Counted from the first letter of the stretch, positions 37,804 through 47,684 are shown. The stretch: 64,000 bases of DNA from Clostridia bacterium (GCA_017536205.1 JAFXHX010000009.1:1003-65002), one strand, 5' to 3'. Made by a program: numbers and translations. The notes: a model not told the origin generated them from the letters alone.

Positions 37804-40800
37804 ATGTACTTAAAAACACAATTCAAACTCAAAAGATTTTTAATAGCAATGCTCGCAATGATGATGGCAATTATGCTTGCATTTTCGGTTGCGTGTAAAG
37901 CCGACAATGACGACGGTGGCGACGACGATGACGACGATTCTTCAACGACCACCACTATTACCGACTATCAATCGATTAAAAACGGTGACTTTGAGTTTTC
38001 TACGGATGAAAAAACCACTTATCCGTACTGGGCTTCGATTAACTGGTCGAAAAGCGTTGATACCGACGCTACTAACGCACCCGCATCTTCAGGCACTTCT
38101 GGTATAATCGACACTAGTAGCGACGTTTATTCGAAGTTAAGTTCAAAAAACAAACCTACCGATAGCGCAACGGGTAACATTATTAACCCTAGAACGCCTT
38201 ACTATTACGGTTTAGTTGCTAACGAATACGATTACGATGATGAAGACAAGCGTGCTAACGCTCAAACCGCAGGTACTAAAGTTTTAATGATTAACAACAA
38301 GCACCGCGATATAAACGGGCTTGGTACTGCGCAAAAGTTTAAAAGTTCTTCAACCTTAACCGTTTCGGAAGGCAGTTACGCAGTTTTATCGTTTTGGGTA
38401 AACACTATAAACCTTAAAACTCTTAACTCAACCAAAACCCCCGGCGCATACGCTTTATTAACTAGTTCGATAGGTTCTGAAGCGTATAACAAGTTTACGC
38501 TTGACGGAATTAACACAAACGGCGAATGGGCAAAGTTCTCTTTCTATATCGAAGGTTCTGAACTCGGTGCAGTTTCACTCTCGCTTACTTTCGGTCTTGG
38601 TCGTGGTAACGGAACCGACACTAACGACTTCGTTGAAGGTTTTGCATACTTTGATAACGTTACTTTAAAAACCATTACCAAAGCAGAGTACCTTGCAAAC
38701 GTTTCAACCGAATACGATTGCGAATCTATTCCCGAATACGTAAACGCCCCCACTTCTTACGCAGATAACGGCGCAGAGAAAAATTACGCCGACGCTAACG
38801 CTTCGTTATACACTAGCACCGATTACAAGTTCAATTACGCTACTTTAGGCGACGGTGTTACTCAAGTTAACGGCACTATTAGTTACAACGAAACCGACCC
38901 CGGTTACGATTACTCTACTTCAAACTTTACTAAAGTTGGCGCACTCAGCGAGTTTACCAACGATGAAAAAGCAAAGTTTAACGGCGCGTTTGATAATATT
39001 GCAAGCGACATAGCAAACAACCCCTCGCTTATTGCTTTCCACTTTGCAAGACAATCTACTGCAAGTTTTGTATCTGACGTATTATCGATTGAAGGCGATA
39101 AATACGACTATATTACCTTCTTTGCAAAAGTAAATGCAAACAACTCAAAATCAGAAGGCCTTAAAGTTGAATTAGTTGACATTCTTAGTTCCGATACCGA
39201 TAAAGACGTTTCGGCGTTTGCATCTATTACGGCAACCGAAGAACAAGAAAACGGCAGATACGGTGACTGGATTAAGTATAAAATTATAGTTAACAACCCC
39301 ACAGACAAACTTGCTAAATACCAAATTAAAATTACTTTCGGTTACGACGGCGAGTGGAACGACAGTTACGCACTCCAAACGGGTTACGCAGTAGTTGCAA
39401 ACCTTTCAATTACTAGTGAAGTTAACGAAAAGTATTATAGCCTAGCAACTGCAAGTTCAACGGTTTCTAAAACTCAAATATACGGCGTGTACACGTCTTA
39501 TAGCGATATTACGGAAGCCGAAACGGGTAACGACGTTTACAACCTTGCAGTTGATAAAGCGCAAACCTTTGCTATTCAAAACAGGCCCGCAACCAACATT
39601 ACCGGTTACACCTTTAAAGCAACGGATAAATCTAGCGTAGTTCACGGTTTAATAAACAGTAAATACGTTTCTGGTAGCGTTTACGGTGACGGCTCAACCA
39701 CCATTACTAACGTTAACGAAATTACTTCGCTTAACGAAGGCGACAATACCTACGCTCAAGTAATGGTGCTTGATAACAAAGTTAAAACTCAATCGCGCTA
39801 TATTTCAAACAGCAACTACGTTCCCTTAAACGAAATTACTAAAGTTACAGTTAAGGTAAGAGCAACCGGCAACGCCGTAGCAAACGTTTATTTAGTAACT
39901 TCGGTTGTTGGTGAAAATAACGATTACGAAGTTCTTAACTTTAAGCCTGATGATAACTTTAACCAAAAAATGCAAGCAACCGTAACTAGCAGTTCTCACA
40001 CCATAGACGGTTGGACTAACGTTGTGTTCTACGTTGTGGCAGGTAACAAAGATATTCACTTTAGAGTTGAAATTAGAAACGGCGACCGTGATAGCCAAGA
40101 AGGCTCTATCGGTGCAATTTACTCAACTGGCGTTATTTATAACAGAGTTGACGCTTCTAAGTACGCTTCTGATAAAAACGCTTATAAGAAAGACTTTGAA
40201 AACTTATATCAAGGCAACCCCGACAAAGTGGAATATATGTTTACTAATTACGATGAATATAGAAGAGTTCCCCTTGTAACCAAGAGCCTTGACGAAGATG
40301 GAAACGAAGTAACCGAAACTACCTACTTCGAACCTACCGAAGTTTACTTAGGTAACGCGCTCGTTAAGTTCTTCGACTATTCGACTATCGACGTTGAAAC
40401 CGAAGTTGACAACACTTCTAGTAGCGACGATACTACTACCGACACGGAAGACGAAGAAGAAACTTACGAAGTTAACCCAAGCGCAGCACTTCAAATTACT
40501 TCAATAGTAATTGCAATTATTTTAATTGTAGTAATGGCAGTTGTTGTAATTAGAAATATTCTTAAAAAGCGTGCTAAAAAACTTCAAAAAACTCAAGCGT
40601 ACTACGAAGTTGTTTCCGGCTTTGATAGAGATGCAAGACAAAAAGCGTTTGATAAAATTGCTAGTAAGAAACGCAAAATAGCACTTGCTGAAAAGGATGA
40701 AGTTGAATACGACTACGACGAAAGCCAACAAATTGAAGAAGCAGTAGTTGAAGACGTTGAAGAAGCCGAAGAAACTGAAAACGCTAGCGAAGAAATTATT

Positions 40801-40866
40801 ATTGACGAAGTGGTTAACGAAGAAACCGAAGAAACTCAAACTAACGAACCCACTAGCGAAGAATAA
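37804..40866 (+). CDS. large surface protein: lipobox + poly-Asp/Ser/Thr linker + repeated beta-sandwich (CBM-like) regions + C-terminal TM + acidic tail
   Basis: Lipobox FSVAC (Cys31), DDGGDDDDDDSSTTTT linker, NGDFEF motif, TM ITSIVIAIILIVVMAVVVI near the C-terminus, Glu-rich tail. Promoter TTGATT-17-TATACT upstream. Confidence 0.6.
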   Translation: MYLKTQFKLKRFLIAMLAMMMAIMLAFSVACKADNDDGGDDDDDDSSTTTTITDYQSIKNGDFEFSTDEKTTYPYWASINWSKSVDTDATNAPASSGTSGIIDTSSDVYSKLSSKNKPTDSATGNIINPRTPYYYGLVANEYDYDDEDKRANAQTAGTKVLMINNKHRDINGLGTAQKFKSSSTLTVSEGSYAVLSFWVNTINLKTLNSTKTPGAYALLTSSIGSEAYNKFTLDGINTNGEWAKFSFYIEGSELGAVSLSLTFGLGRGNGTDTNDFVEGFAYFDNVTLKTITKAEYLANVSTEYDCESIPEYVNAPTSYADNGAEKNYADANASLYTSTDYKFNYATLGDGVTQVNGTISYNETDPGYDYSTSNFTKVGALSEFTNDEKAKFNGAFDNIASDIANNPSLIAFHFARQSTASFVSDVLSIEGDKYDYITFFAKVNANNSKSEGLKVELVDILSSDTDKDVSAFASITATEEQENGRYGDWIKYKIIVNNPTDKLAKYQIKITFGYDGEWNDSYALQTGYAVVANLSITSEVNEKYYSLATASSTVSKTQIYGVYTSYSDITEAETGNDVYNLAVDKAQTFAIQNRPATNITGYTFKATDKSSVVHGLINSKYVSGSVYGDGSTTITNVNEITSLNEGDNTYAQVMVLDNKVKTQSRYISNSNYVPLNEITKVTVKVRATGNAVANVYLVTSVVGENNDYEVLNFKPDDNFNQKMQATVTSSSHTIDGWTNVVFYVVAGNKDIHFRVEIRNGDRDSQEGSIGAIYSTGVIYNRVDASKYASDKNAYKKDFENLYQGNPDKVEYMFTNYDEYRRVPLVTKSLDEDGNEVTETTYFEPTEVYLGNALVKFFDYSTIDVETEVDNTSSSDDTTTDTEDEEETYEVNPSAALQITSIVIAIILIVVMAVVVIRNILKKRAKKLQKTQAYYEVVSGFDRDARQKAFDKIASKKRKIALAEKDEVEYDYDESQQIEEAVVEDVEEAEETENASEEIIIDEVVNEETEETQTNEPTSEE

Positions 40867-40908
40867 TTAAACTAAAAAGCACTCCAAACGGAGTGCTTTT
40901 TTAATGGT

Positions 40909-41562
40909 TTAGTTTACCTTTATAATATATAAGGTTTTATCTTCTACCTTAAACTTTATTTCTGCGCCAAAAAGATTTGCGCCGTATTCCCTACCGTCTT
41001 TATGATAAGAAGGCCTTGGGTCTTCTTTAAGCGCGCTTATAATTTTGTTTTTCGTTTCGGTTGGAAGTCCGTTTAAAAGATGGGTGTTTTCAACTGCTAG
41101 ATAATAGTTTATAAAATCTTCGGCATAGCCGTTTTTTGCATCCAAGTGGCAGTCGGTAAAAGTAAGATACGGCTTAATATCGTAAATAGGCGTTCCACTA
41201 AGTAGGTCGGCGCCCGAAACGTATAAAACCGTGCCGTTTTCGGTTATTTCTACCCGTTCTAGTTTTACCGAAGAAAGCCCGAGCGAATTAGGCCTAAACG
41301 GCGAACGGCTTGCAAATACGCCAACCTTTTTGTTTCCACCAAGCCTAGGCGGTCTTACGGTTAAACGGTATTTGCCACCCGTTTTATCAAACCCGAAAAT
41401 TAGCCAAAGGTGCGAAAACCCTTCTATTCCCCTAACGGCGTCGGGCGAAGAAAACTCCTTTTCAAAAACTATTTTGCTAACGGTGCTTTCAACCCTACCG
41501 CTTTGGCGTGGAACTCCAAACTTTTCGGTATATTCGTTTTGTATTTTGGCAATTACTTTCAC
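40909..41562 (-). CDS. trmO: tRNA (m6t6A37) methyltransferase TrmO/TsaA-like
   Basis: FGVPRQSG, FSHLWLIF and RSPFRPN motifs of the YaeB/TrmO family. Confidence 0.82.
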   Translation of the reverse strand: MKVIAKIQNEYTEKFGVPRQSGRVESTVSKIVFEKEFSSPDAVRGIEGFSHLWLIFGFDKTGGKYRLTVRPPRLGGNKKVGVFASRSPFRPNSLGLSSVKLERVEITENGTVLYVSGADLLSGTPIYDIKPYLTFTDCHLDAKNGYAEDFINYYLAVENTHLLNGLPTETKNKIISALKEDPRPSYHKDGREYGANLFGAEIKFKVEDKTLYIIKVN

Positions 41563-42602
41563 GCTTCACCCCTTTTAATTTTACGCTTTTCTCTATTTAA
41601 GTGGCGTTCGAAACTCCCGCTATTTATAAACTCGGCTAAACAATACTGTTCAAGAACGGGCACGCTACACGAAAACCCACCAAGCCTTTCTTTATATATA
41701 GATAGTAAGTTATCTGGAAGTATCATATACCCAACGCGCATTGAAGGCGATAAACTTTGAGAGAACGTGTTAATGTAAATAACGTTTTCGGGACTTATTG
41801 CCTTTAAAGTTTTATAGTGATATTTATCGGTAAAAAACTCGCTCTTATAGTCGTCTTCAACTATATAGCCACCACTTTCCTTTGCCCATAAAGCGTATTC
41901 ACGCCTTTTTTCAAGCGTGGCAGTTACGCCCGACGGGTACGACGAATAAGGCGTTACGTGAAGTATTTGAAAGGGCTTTTTAAGTTCTGCGCTCTTAATA
42001 CCGTTTTCGCCCATTTCAAGCGCAAGCGTTTTTGCGCCTTCTTCTTCGTAAACCTTTATAATTTGGCTATAACAGGGGTTTTCAACGCCTATAACTTTAT
42101 CTCTACCAAGTAGTTTAACAACGTTTTCGTAAAGTTGCTCGGCGCCCGAGCCTATTATAACGTTTTTTGGCGAAACGGCAATATCTCTATACCTTACAAG
42201 GTAATTTGCTATTGCGTTTCTTAAAACGGCGCAACCTTCGCTTGGCGCTTTTATAAAAAGTTCTTTATCTTTTTCGCTTATAACCTTTCTAACCGTTTTA
42301 AACCACAACGAATATTCAAAATGCTCGCTTATAGCGGGCGTTTCTTCGCTTAACTTATCAATATGCTTATAATGCACGTTTGGTGGGGTTACTTTTAAAA
42401 CGAAATAGCCACTACGCTCTTTCGGCGCAATAAAACCTTCGGCTTCAAGCATTTCATAAGCCGTTAAAACGGTTATTTGGCTAACGCCTTGAAGGCTTGC
42501 CATATTTCGTTTAGAAGGCAACTTCTCGCCCGCTTTATACACGCCTAAATATATATCGCTTTTTATTTTATTATATAATTCGTAATACTTCTTGCTTTTC
42601 AT
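41559..42602 (-). CDS. MocR-type GntR regulator (wHTH + fold-type-I aminotransferase-like domain), short, PLP-lysine position is Gln
   Basis: N-terminal GntR wHTH (LPSKRNMASLQGVSQITVLTAYEMLEAEGFI). The aminotransferase motif reads TFSQSLSPSMRVGY instead of SFSK...G.R.GY. At 347 aa it is shorter than typical MocR proteins. Confidence 0.75.
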   Translation of the reverse strand: MKSKKYYELYNKIKSDIYLGVYKAGEKLPSKRNMASLQGVSQITVLTAYEMLEAEGFIAPKERSGYFVLKVTPPNVHYKHIDKLSEETPAISEHFEYSLWFKTVRKVISEKDKELFIKAPSEGCAVLRNAIANYLVRYRDIAVSPKNVIIGSGAEQLYENVVKLLGRDKVIGVENPCYSQIIKVYEEEGAKTLALEMGENGIKSAELKKPFQILHVTPYSSYPSGVTATLEKRREYALWAKESGGYIVEDDYKSEFFTDKYHYKTLKAISPENVIYINTFSQSLSPSMRVGYMILPDNLLSIYKERLGGFSCSVPVLEQYCLAEFINSGSFERHLNREKRKIKRGEA

Positions 42603-42603
42603 C

Positions 42604-42661
42604 TGGTATTATAAAAAACTCCGTAATTGATTATTTTAATAATATCACAATGGTATTATAA
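42604..42661. promoter_or_regulatory. two 11-bp direct repeats TGGTATTATAA in the mocR/pdxK divergent region
   Basis: Exact copies at 42604-42614 and 42651-42661. MocR/PdxR regulators bind direct repeats. Confidence 0.45.
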
Positions 42662-42694
42662 TACATTTACAAAAACTTGTAAAGGAGTTTTATT

Positions 42695-43525
42695 ATGGAA
42701 TATAAACGCATTTTAACAATTCAAGACATATCTTGCGTAGGTCAATGTTCGTTAACGGTTGCACTTCCTATAATTTCGGCTTGTGGAATTGAAACTAGCG
42801 TTCTTCCGTCAAGCATACTTTCAACGCATACGGCAGGCTTTAATGGCTTTACTTTTCGCGATTTAGCGGGCGATATGCCGTCTATCAACGAGCACTGGGT
42901 TAAAGAAGGCATTTTCTTTGACGGAATATACACGGGTTATTTAGGTAGCGCCGAGCAGGTTGACTACGTTAAAAATATAGCAAAAACCACTTTAAAACAA
43001 GGTGGTAAGGTAATCGTTGACCCCGCTTTTGCAGATGGGGGCAAACTCTACCCTATATTTAACGACGCTTACGTTTCAAAAATGAAAGAACTCGTTCCTA
43101 TAAGCGACTATCTTCTTCCTAACCTTACCGAAGCCTGCTTTTTAACTGGGCTTGACTACAAAACTGAATACGACGAAGATTATATTAAAAACGTTTGCCT
43201 AAATCTTATAAATATGGGGGCAAAAACGGTGGTTTTAACGGGCGTTTCTTATAGAAAAGGTAAAACGGGCATAGTTGTTATTTCTAGCCAAAATTACTAC
43301 TATTACGAGCACGAACTACTTGAAGGCAGTTGCCACGGCACCGGCGATATATACGCTTCGGCGTTCGTTGGCGCGCTTATGAGTGGAAAAACCCCTGAAA
43401 ACGCATCGCAAATTGCGGCGGATTATACCGTTGAGTGTATAAAGGCAACGGCAGGCGATAAAAACCACTGGTACGGCGCAAAGTTCGAGCCTTGCATTCC
43501 TTATCTTATATCTTTAATAAGATAA
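42695..43525 (+). CDS. pdxK: pyridoxal/pyridoxamine kinase
   Basis: 276 aa with a ribokinase-like PdxK N-terminus (ILTIQDISCVGQCSL) and a GTGD motif. SD AAAGGAG. Confidence 0.82.
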   Translation: MEYKRILTIQDISCVGQCSLTVALPIISACGIETSVLPSSILSTHTAGFNGFTFRDLAGDMPSINEHWVKEGIFFDGIYTGYLGSAEQVDYVKNIAKTTLKQGGKVIVDPAFADGGKLYPIFNDAYVSKMKELVPISDYLLPNLTEACFLTGLDYKTEYDEDYIKNVCLNLINMGAKTVVLTGVSYRKGKTGIVVISSQNYYYYEHELLEGSCHGTGDIYASAFVGALMSGKTPENASQIAADYTVECIKATAGDKNHWYGAKFEPCIPYLISLIR

Positions 43526-43531
43526 AAACGG

Positions 43532-43560
43532 TTGACAAATAAATATTATTGTGTTATAGT
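43532..43560 (+). promoter_or_regulatory. promoter TTGACA-17-TATAGT driving the T-box leader
   Basis: Hexamers read at 43532-43537 and 43555-43560, with TG upstream of the -10. Confidence 0.65.
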
Positions 43561-43566
43561 TTAGAA

Positions 43567-43842
43567 AAATAAAACCTATGAGAAAGAGTAAGTAGAAATC
43601 GTGCGTTTTTGCAAAGAGAGCCACCGTTTGGTGTAAGTGTGGCGTAAAACCCGTTTTTGAATGGACTTTCGAGGGCGAACGGAACGGCTTTAAGCCAAGT
43701 ATGTAAGACGGAGTGTGGCTCTCTAGTAAACAAAGGTCTGCGTATGTAGTACGCAAAAAAGTGGGCGCAAAATGCGCCAAAACGGGTGGCACCACGGTTA
43801 ACAATCGTCCCGAAAAGCGTAAGCGCTTTTCGGGTTTTTTAT
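43567..43842 (+). promoter_or_regulatory. T-box riboswitch leader, Trp specifier (UGG)
   Basis: AGAGA/AGTA stem I elements. Specifier context GAATGGA (TGG at 43662-43664). T-box sequence AAACGGGTGGCACCACGG (43779-43797). Terminator CCCGAAAAGCG/CGCTTTTCGGG plus T6 (43809-43840). Confidence 0.85.
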
Positions 43843-43854
43843 TTAGGAGATAGT

Positions 43855-45222
43855 ATGCAAAAAGAAATACCTTACAAGATTTATCTTGAAGAAAACGAAA
43901 TGCCAAAAAGTTGGATGAACTTAAGGGCTTATATGAAAGAAAAGCCTGCACCCCTTCTTAACGCGCAGACTTTACAGCCCATGACTGAAGATGAACTTTC
44001 AAAAGTTTTTTGCCGTGAACTTGTAAAACAAGAACTCGACGATACTTCAAAGTTTATTCTTATTCCAGAAGAAGTTCAAGACTTTTATAAAATGTATCGC
44101 CCTGCACCCCTCGTTAGGGCTTATTGCTTAGAAAAGGCGTTAGGAACTCCCGCTAAAATATACTATAAGTTTGAAGGCAACAACACGTCTGGCTCGCACA
44201 AACTCAATTCGGCAATAGCGCAAGCGTATTACGCCAAAGAACAAGGCTTAAAAGGCGTTACCACCGAAACGGGCGCAGGTCAATGGGGAACTGCTCTTTC
44301 TATGGCTTGCTCGTACTTTGGGCTTGACTGCAAGGTGTTTATGGTTAAATGTTCTTACGAGCAAAAACCGTTTAGGCGTGAAGTTATGCGTACTTATGGT
44401 GCAAACGTAACCCCCTCACCTTCAACTTTAACCGAAGTTGGCAAAAAAATACTTGCCGAGCACCCCGGCACTAACGGCAGTTTAGGTTGTGCTATTAGCG
44501 AGGCAGTTGAAACTGCAGGCAAACTTGATGGTTACCGTTACGTTTTAGGTAGCGTTTTAAACCAAGTTTTACTTCACCAGTCTGTTATAGGTTTAGAAAC
44601 CAAAACGGCAATGGATAAGTACGGCATTAAGCCCGACGTTATTATAGGTTGCGCAGGTGGCGGTAGTAACCTTGGCGGTTTAATTACCCCGTTTATGGCA
44701 GAAAAACTTCAAGGTAAAGAAGATTACGAGTTTATTGCAGTTGAACCCGTATCTTGCCCGTCGCTTACTCGTGGCGCTTACGCATACGACTATTGCGACA
44801 CAGGCGCCGTTTGCCCCCTTTCTAAAATGAAAACGCTTGGCAGTAACTATATTCCCGCAGCAAGCCACGCAGGTGGATTAAGGTACCACGGTATGACTTC
44901 AACGCTTTCTGAACTTTACGATAAAGGCTATATGAAGGCAGTTTCGGTAAAACAAACTGAAGTATTTAAAGCGGCAGAACAGTTTGCAAGGGTTGAGGGA
45001 ACGCTCCCTGCGCCCGAATCTGCACACGCTATAAAAGTTGCAATAGACGAAGCGCTTAAATGCAAAGAAACGGGCGAAGAAAAAACCATACTTTTCGGGC
45101 TTACGGGCACGGGCTACTTTGATATGTACGCATACCAGCGTTATCACGACGGGGAAATGACAGATTATATTCCTAGTGACGAAGAAATTGAATTAGCGCT
45201 TAAAAAATTACCAAAAGTGTAA
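43855..45222 (+). CDS. TrpB2-type tryptophan synthase beta-like PLP enzyme
   Basis: GSHKLNSA PLP-lysine motif and about 455 aa, typical of TrpB2. The ATG at 43855 has a GGAGA SD. The track start at 43786 would overlap the T-box terminator. Confidence 0.85.
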   Translation: MQKEIPYKIYLEENEMPKSWMNLRAYMKEKPAPLLNAQTLQPMTEDELSKVFCRELVKQELDDTSKFILIPEEVQDFYKMYRPAPLVRAYCLEKALGTPAKIYYKFEGNNTSGSHKLNSAIAQAYYAKEQGLKGVTTETGAGQWGTALSMACSYFGLDCKVFMVKCSYEQKPFRREVMRTYGANVTPSPSTLTEVGKKILAEHPGTNGSLGCAISEAVETAGKLDGYRYVLGSVLNQVLLHQSVIGLETKTAMDKYGIKPDVIIGCAGGGSNLGGLITPFMAEKLQGKEDYEFIAVEPVSCPSLTRGAYAYDYCDTGAVCPLSKMKTLGSNYIPAASHAGGLRYHGMTSTLSELYDKGYMKAVSVKQTEVFKAAEQFARVEGTLPAPESAHAIKVAIDEALKCKETGEEKTILFGLTGTGYFDMYAYQRYHDGEMTDYIPSDEEIELALKKLPKV

Positions 45223-45266
45223 TATTTTTAAGCAATTAGAAAATACTACGCAAAAGAGAAATAATT

Positions 45267-46070
45267 ATGAATACCTTTGAAAAAATTGTTTTAGCGTTAA
45301 GCGCCGAAATGCCAAGGGTGCAAGCGCCGTTTATGCCCTTTCACTTTATAATGTTTGCACTCATTATATTAGCAACGGTGCTAGTGTGCTTAAAGTTTAA
45401 AAATTGTTCAGATAAAACCTTTAGAAAAATACTCTTTATTATTTGGATTATATTATTCGTTTTTGAAATATATAAGCAAATAGTATCGCCGTTTTCGGTT
45501 GTTGACGGAAAGGCAGTTTGGAAATATAATTTTAACGATATTCCTTTCCAGTTCTGTTCGTCTATCCACTACGTTTTACTTCCTATCGTATTTTTAAAAG
45601 ATGGAAAAGTTAGAAACGCATTTATTTCGTTTACTATGACGTTCGTGTTCTTAGCAGGCGCTATGGTTTCTATTTTCCCCGACCAGTTAAGGTCCGATAT
45701 GGCAATAGGCATTTGTATTCAAACTATGGTGCATCACGGGCTTCAAGTTGTGGCAGGTGCGTTTATTGCAGTAAAAATGCGTGAAAAGTACTCTATTAAG
45801 TTTTTCTTATCGGGCGTAATAGTGTTCTTTGGATTTTTAGCGCTTGCGCTTACGTTTAACCTTATATTTAACCCAAGCGTAACAAACGGAAACGTAATAA
45901 ACTTCTTCTATATAAGCCCTTATTACGGTTGCTCGTTACCCATTTTAAGCGAAATTCGCCAAATGGTGCCTTGGGGAGTGTTTATAGTTATATATTCACT
46001 TGGCTTCGTGCTTATATCGTTTGCAATATTTATGGCGTACGTTGGAATTAAAAAACTAAGTAAAAAGTAA
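45267..46070 (+). CDS. polytopic membrane protein (YwaF/TMEM164-like), co-transcribed with trpB2
   Basis: 267 aa, about 7 TM. There is no terminator in the 44-nt gap after trpB2; one follows at 46074. Confidence 0.45.
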   Translation: MNTFEKIVLALSAEMPRVQAPFMPFHFIMFALIILATVLVCLKFKNCSDKTFRKILFIIWIILFVFEIYKQIVSPFSVVDGKAVWKYNFNDIPFQFCSSIHYVLLPIVFLKDGKVRNAFISFTMTFVFLAGAMVSIFPDQLRSDMAIGICIQTMVHHGLQVVAGAFIAVKMREKYSIKFFLSGVIVFFGFLALALTFNLIFNPSVTNGNVINFFYISPYYGCSLPILSEIRQMVPWGVFIVIYSLGFVLISFAIFMAYVGIKKLSKK

Positions 46071-46073
46071 ATA

Positions 46074-46106
46074 AAAAAACTCTCACTTTTCGTGAGAGTT
46101 TTTTTG
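46074..46106. terminator. bidirectional intrinsic terminator
   Basis: AACTCTCAC-ttttc-GTGAGAGTT with A/T runs. Confidence 0.8.
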
Positions 46107-46109
46107 TTT

Positions 46110-46346
46110 TTAAAGGTCTGTTAAAATGGGTTTACCCGTTAATAAAATGGCAATAAGGTCGATAAGCCAAGCGAACGCAACGCCGGGCGCAATCCATAAA
46201 ATACCAATTATAATTTGCACGATACTTCCTTTTACAACACCCTTTACTATACGGTAAACAGCCCATATAATATCAATTGCGGGAATACATAAAATAAGTT
46301 TTACAAGTAAGGGAAGGTTATCCATTTCTTTAATAAATTGTTTCAT
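46110..46346 (-). CDS. small two-TM membrane protein
   Basis: 78-aa hydrophobic ORF with an AAAGGAG SD. Confidence 0.45.
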   Translation of the reverse strand: MKQFIKEMDNLPLLVKLILCIPAIDIIWAVYRIVKGVVKGSIVQIIIGILWIAPGVAFAWLIDLIAILLTGKPILTDL

Positions 46347-46445
46347 ACTACTACTCCTTTTATATTATATGCAGTTTGTTTTAAACTGCTAAACTTTTAT
46401 ATAAATATTATATAATTCCGTTTAAGTTTTGTCAATACGGCTATT

Positions 46446-47678
46446 TTAATTATTTGGCTTTTTATTTGTCGTTTTATAAATAATTAAATAAACTATAAAC
46501 GCAAGTATAGGAAATATTGCGCCTAAAAGCATACCTGCTTTCATTCCAAGTTGTTCTGCCGTTAAATTAAGCGTTTGGGCTAGCGAAGTAAAGTTTTCAG
46601 AAACGAAGTCAACCGCAATCCCTATTGCCTGTGGCCCAAGCGAAGCGCCCATATCGCCACCTGCTGCCATAAAGGCGTATATAAACACGCCGTAAGGCAC
46701 TCTCTTTTCGGCAACGGTTAAACTGCCTGGCCACATAAGCGAAGAAGTTAGCCCCGTTAACGCACACGCCATAAGACCTATAACGGGAACGTTTATAAGC
46801 GCTGCAGTTAAATAACAAACTATTGATAACGCACCGCAAATTGCAAGCATTTTTTCAATGTTTTTGCCGTATTTTGCGTAAAGCGAACGCCCAAGCCCAA
46901 GCATTATTGAAAATAGCGCAACACCGAATAAATCGCCCCATACCTTGTTTATTTGAAGTGCTCGCTCTATAAAACTAGAACTCCACTGCGCCATAGTACA
47001 CTCGGTTGCGCCACCTAAAAATATAGCAATAAACATAAGCCACACTTGCTTATTTTTAAGCATTTTAAGCGCACCTAAAGAACTTTCGGTAGTTTTAAGG
47101 TTTGGAATATTAGCACGCATAAAAAATATAAACGACAAAAGCGGAACGATTGCAATTAAAAGCACTAAATAGTGCCAATTTTTTCCATTAAACACCAAAA
47201 TAAAAAGCGTGCTTATTATAACAACGAACACCGAACACCAAGCGTACATAGAGTGAAGTTTACTCATTTCGTGGTCGGGGTTTTTTGCAGGTATCTCGGC
47301 AATAATAGGGCTTATTAAAACTTCGGCAAGCCCTGCAGAAACTGCAAATATAACCATACCTATAACTAGCCCAACGTAAGCGCTATTTGGAAATAGCATA
47401 GGGTAAACGGCAAATATAACTAAACCTATTATCGTAATTATAGGCATAAGCCTAACGGTTTTTTGAATATTGAACTTATGCGAAAATAGCGAGAACACAA
47501 CGTCTATTAAAAGTTGTGTAAAAAAGAAAAACACAACAAGCGAGCCAAGTAGCGAATACGATATGCCGTATAAATCGCGAAACGTGGTAAATAGTAGCGA
47601 TGGCATAACGCCAACCACCGCCATAGTTGCGCTTCCAGAATAGCACGCAAGTTTAATTTTTCTATACTCTCTTTCCAT
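46446..47678 (-). CDS. MFS transporter
   Basis: About 12 TM. I prefer the ATG at 47678 (MEREYRKIK) because a consensus promoter ends 6 nt upstream. Confidence 0.75.
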   Translation of the reverse strand: MEREYRKIKLACYSGSATMAVVGVMPSLLFTTFRDLYGISYSLLGSLVVFFFFTQLLIDVVFSLFSHKFNIQKTVRLMPIITIIGLVIFAVYPMLFPNSAYVGLVIGMVIFAVSAGLAEVLISPIIAEIPAKNPDHEMSKLHSMYAWCSVFVVIISTLFILVFNGKNWHYLVLLIAIVPLLSFIFFMRANIPNLKTTESSLGALKMLKNKQVWLMFIAIFLGGATECTMAQWSSSFIERALQINKVWGDLFGVALFSIMLGLGRSLYAKYGKNIEKMLAICGALSIVCYLTAALINVPVIGLMACALTGLTSSLMWPGSLTVAEKRVPYGVFIYAFMAAGGDMGASLGPQAIGIAVDFVSENFTSLAQTLNLTAEQLGMKAGMLLGAIFPILAFIVYLIIYKTTNKKPNN

Positions 47679-47684
47679 ACGGCT

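Noticed and set aside
43786-43854. Longer trpB2 start proposed by the ORF track
   Set aside because: The extension overlaps the T-box sequence and terminator hairpin and has no SD. The ATG at 43855 has a GGAGA SD, and the N-terminus then matches TrpB2 proteins.
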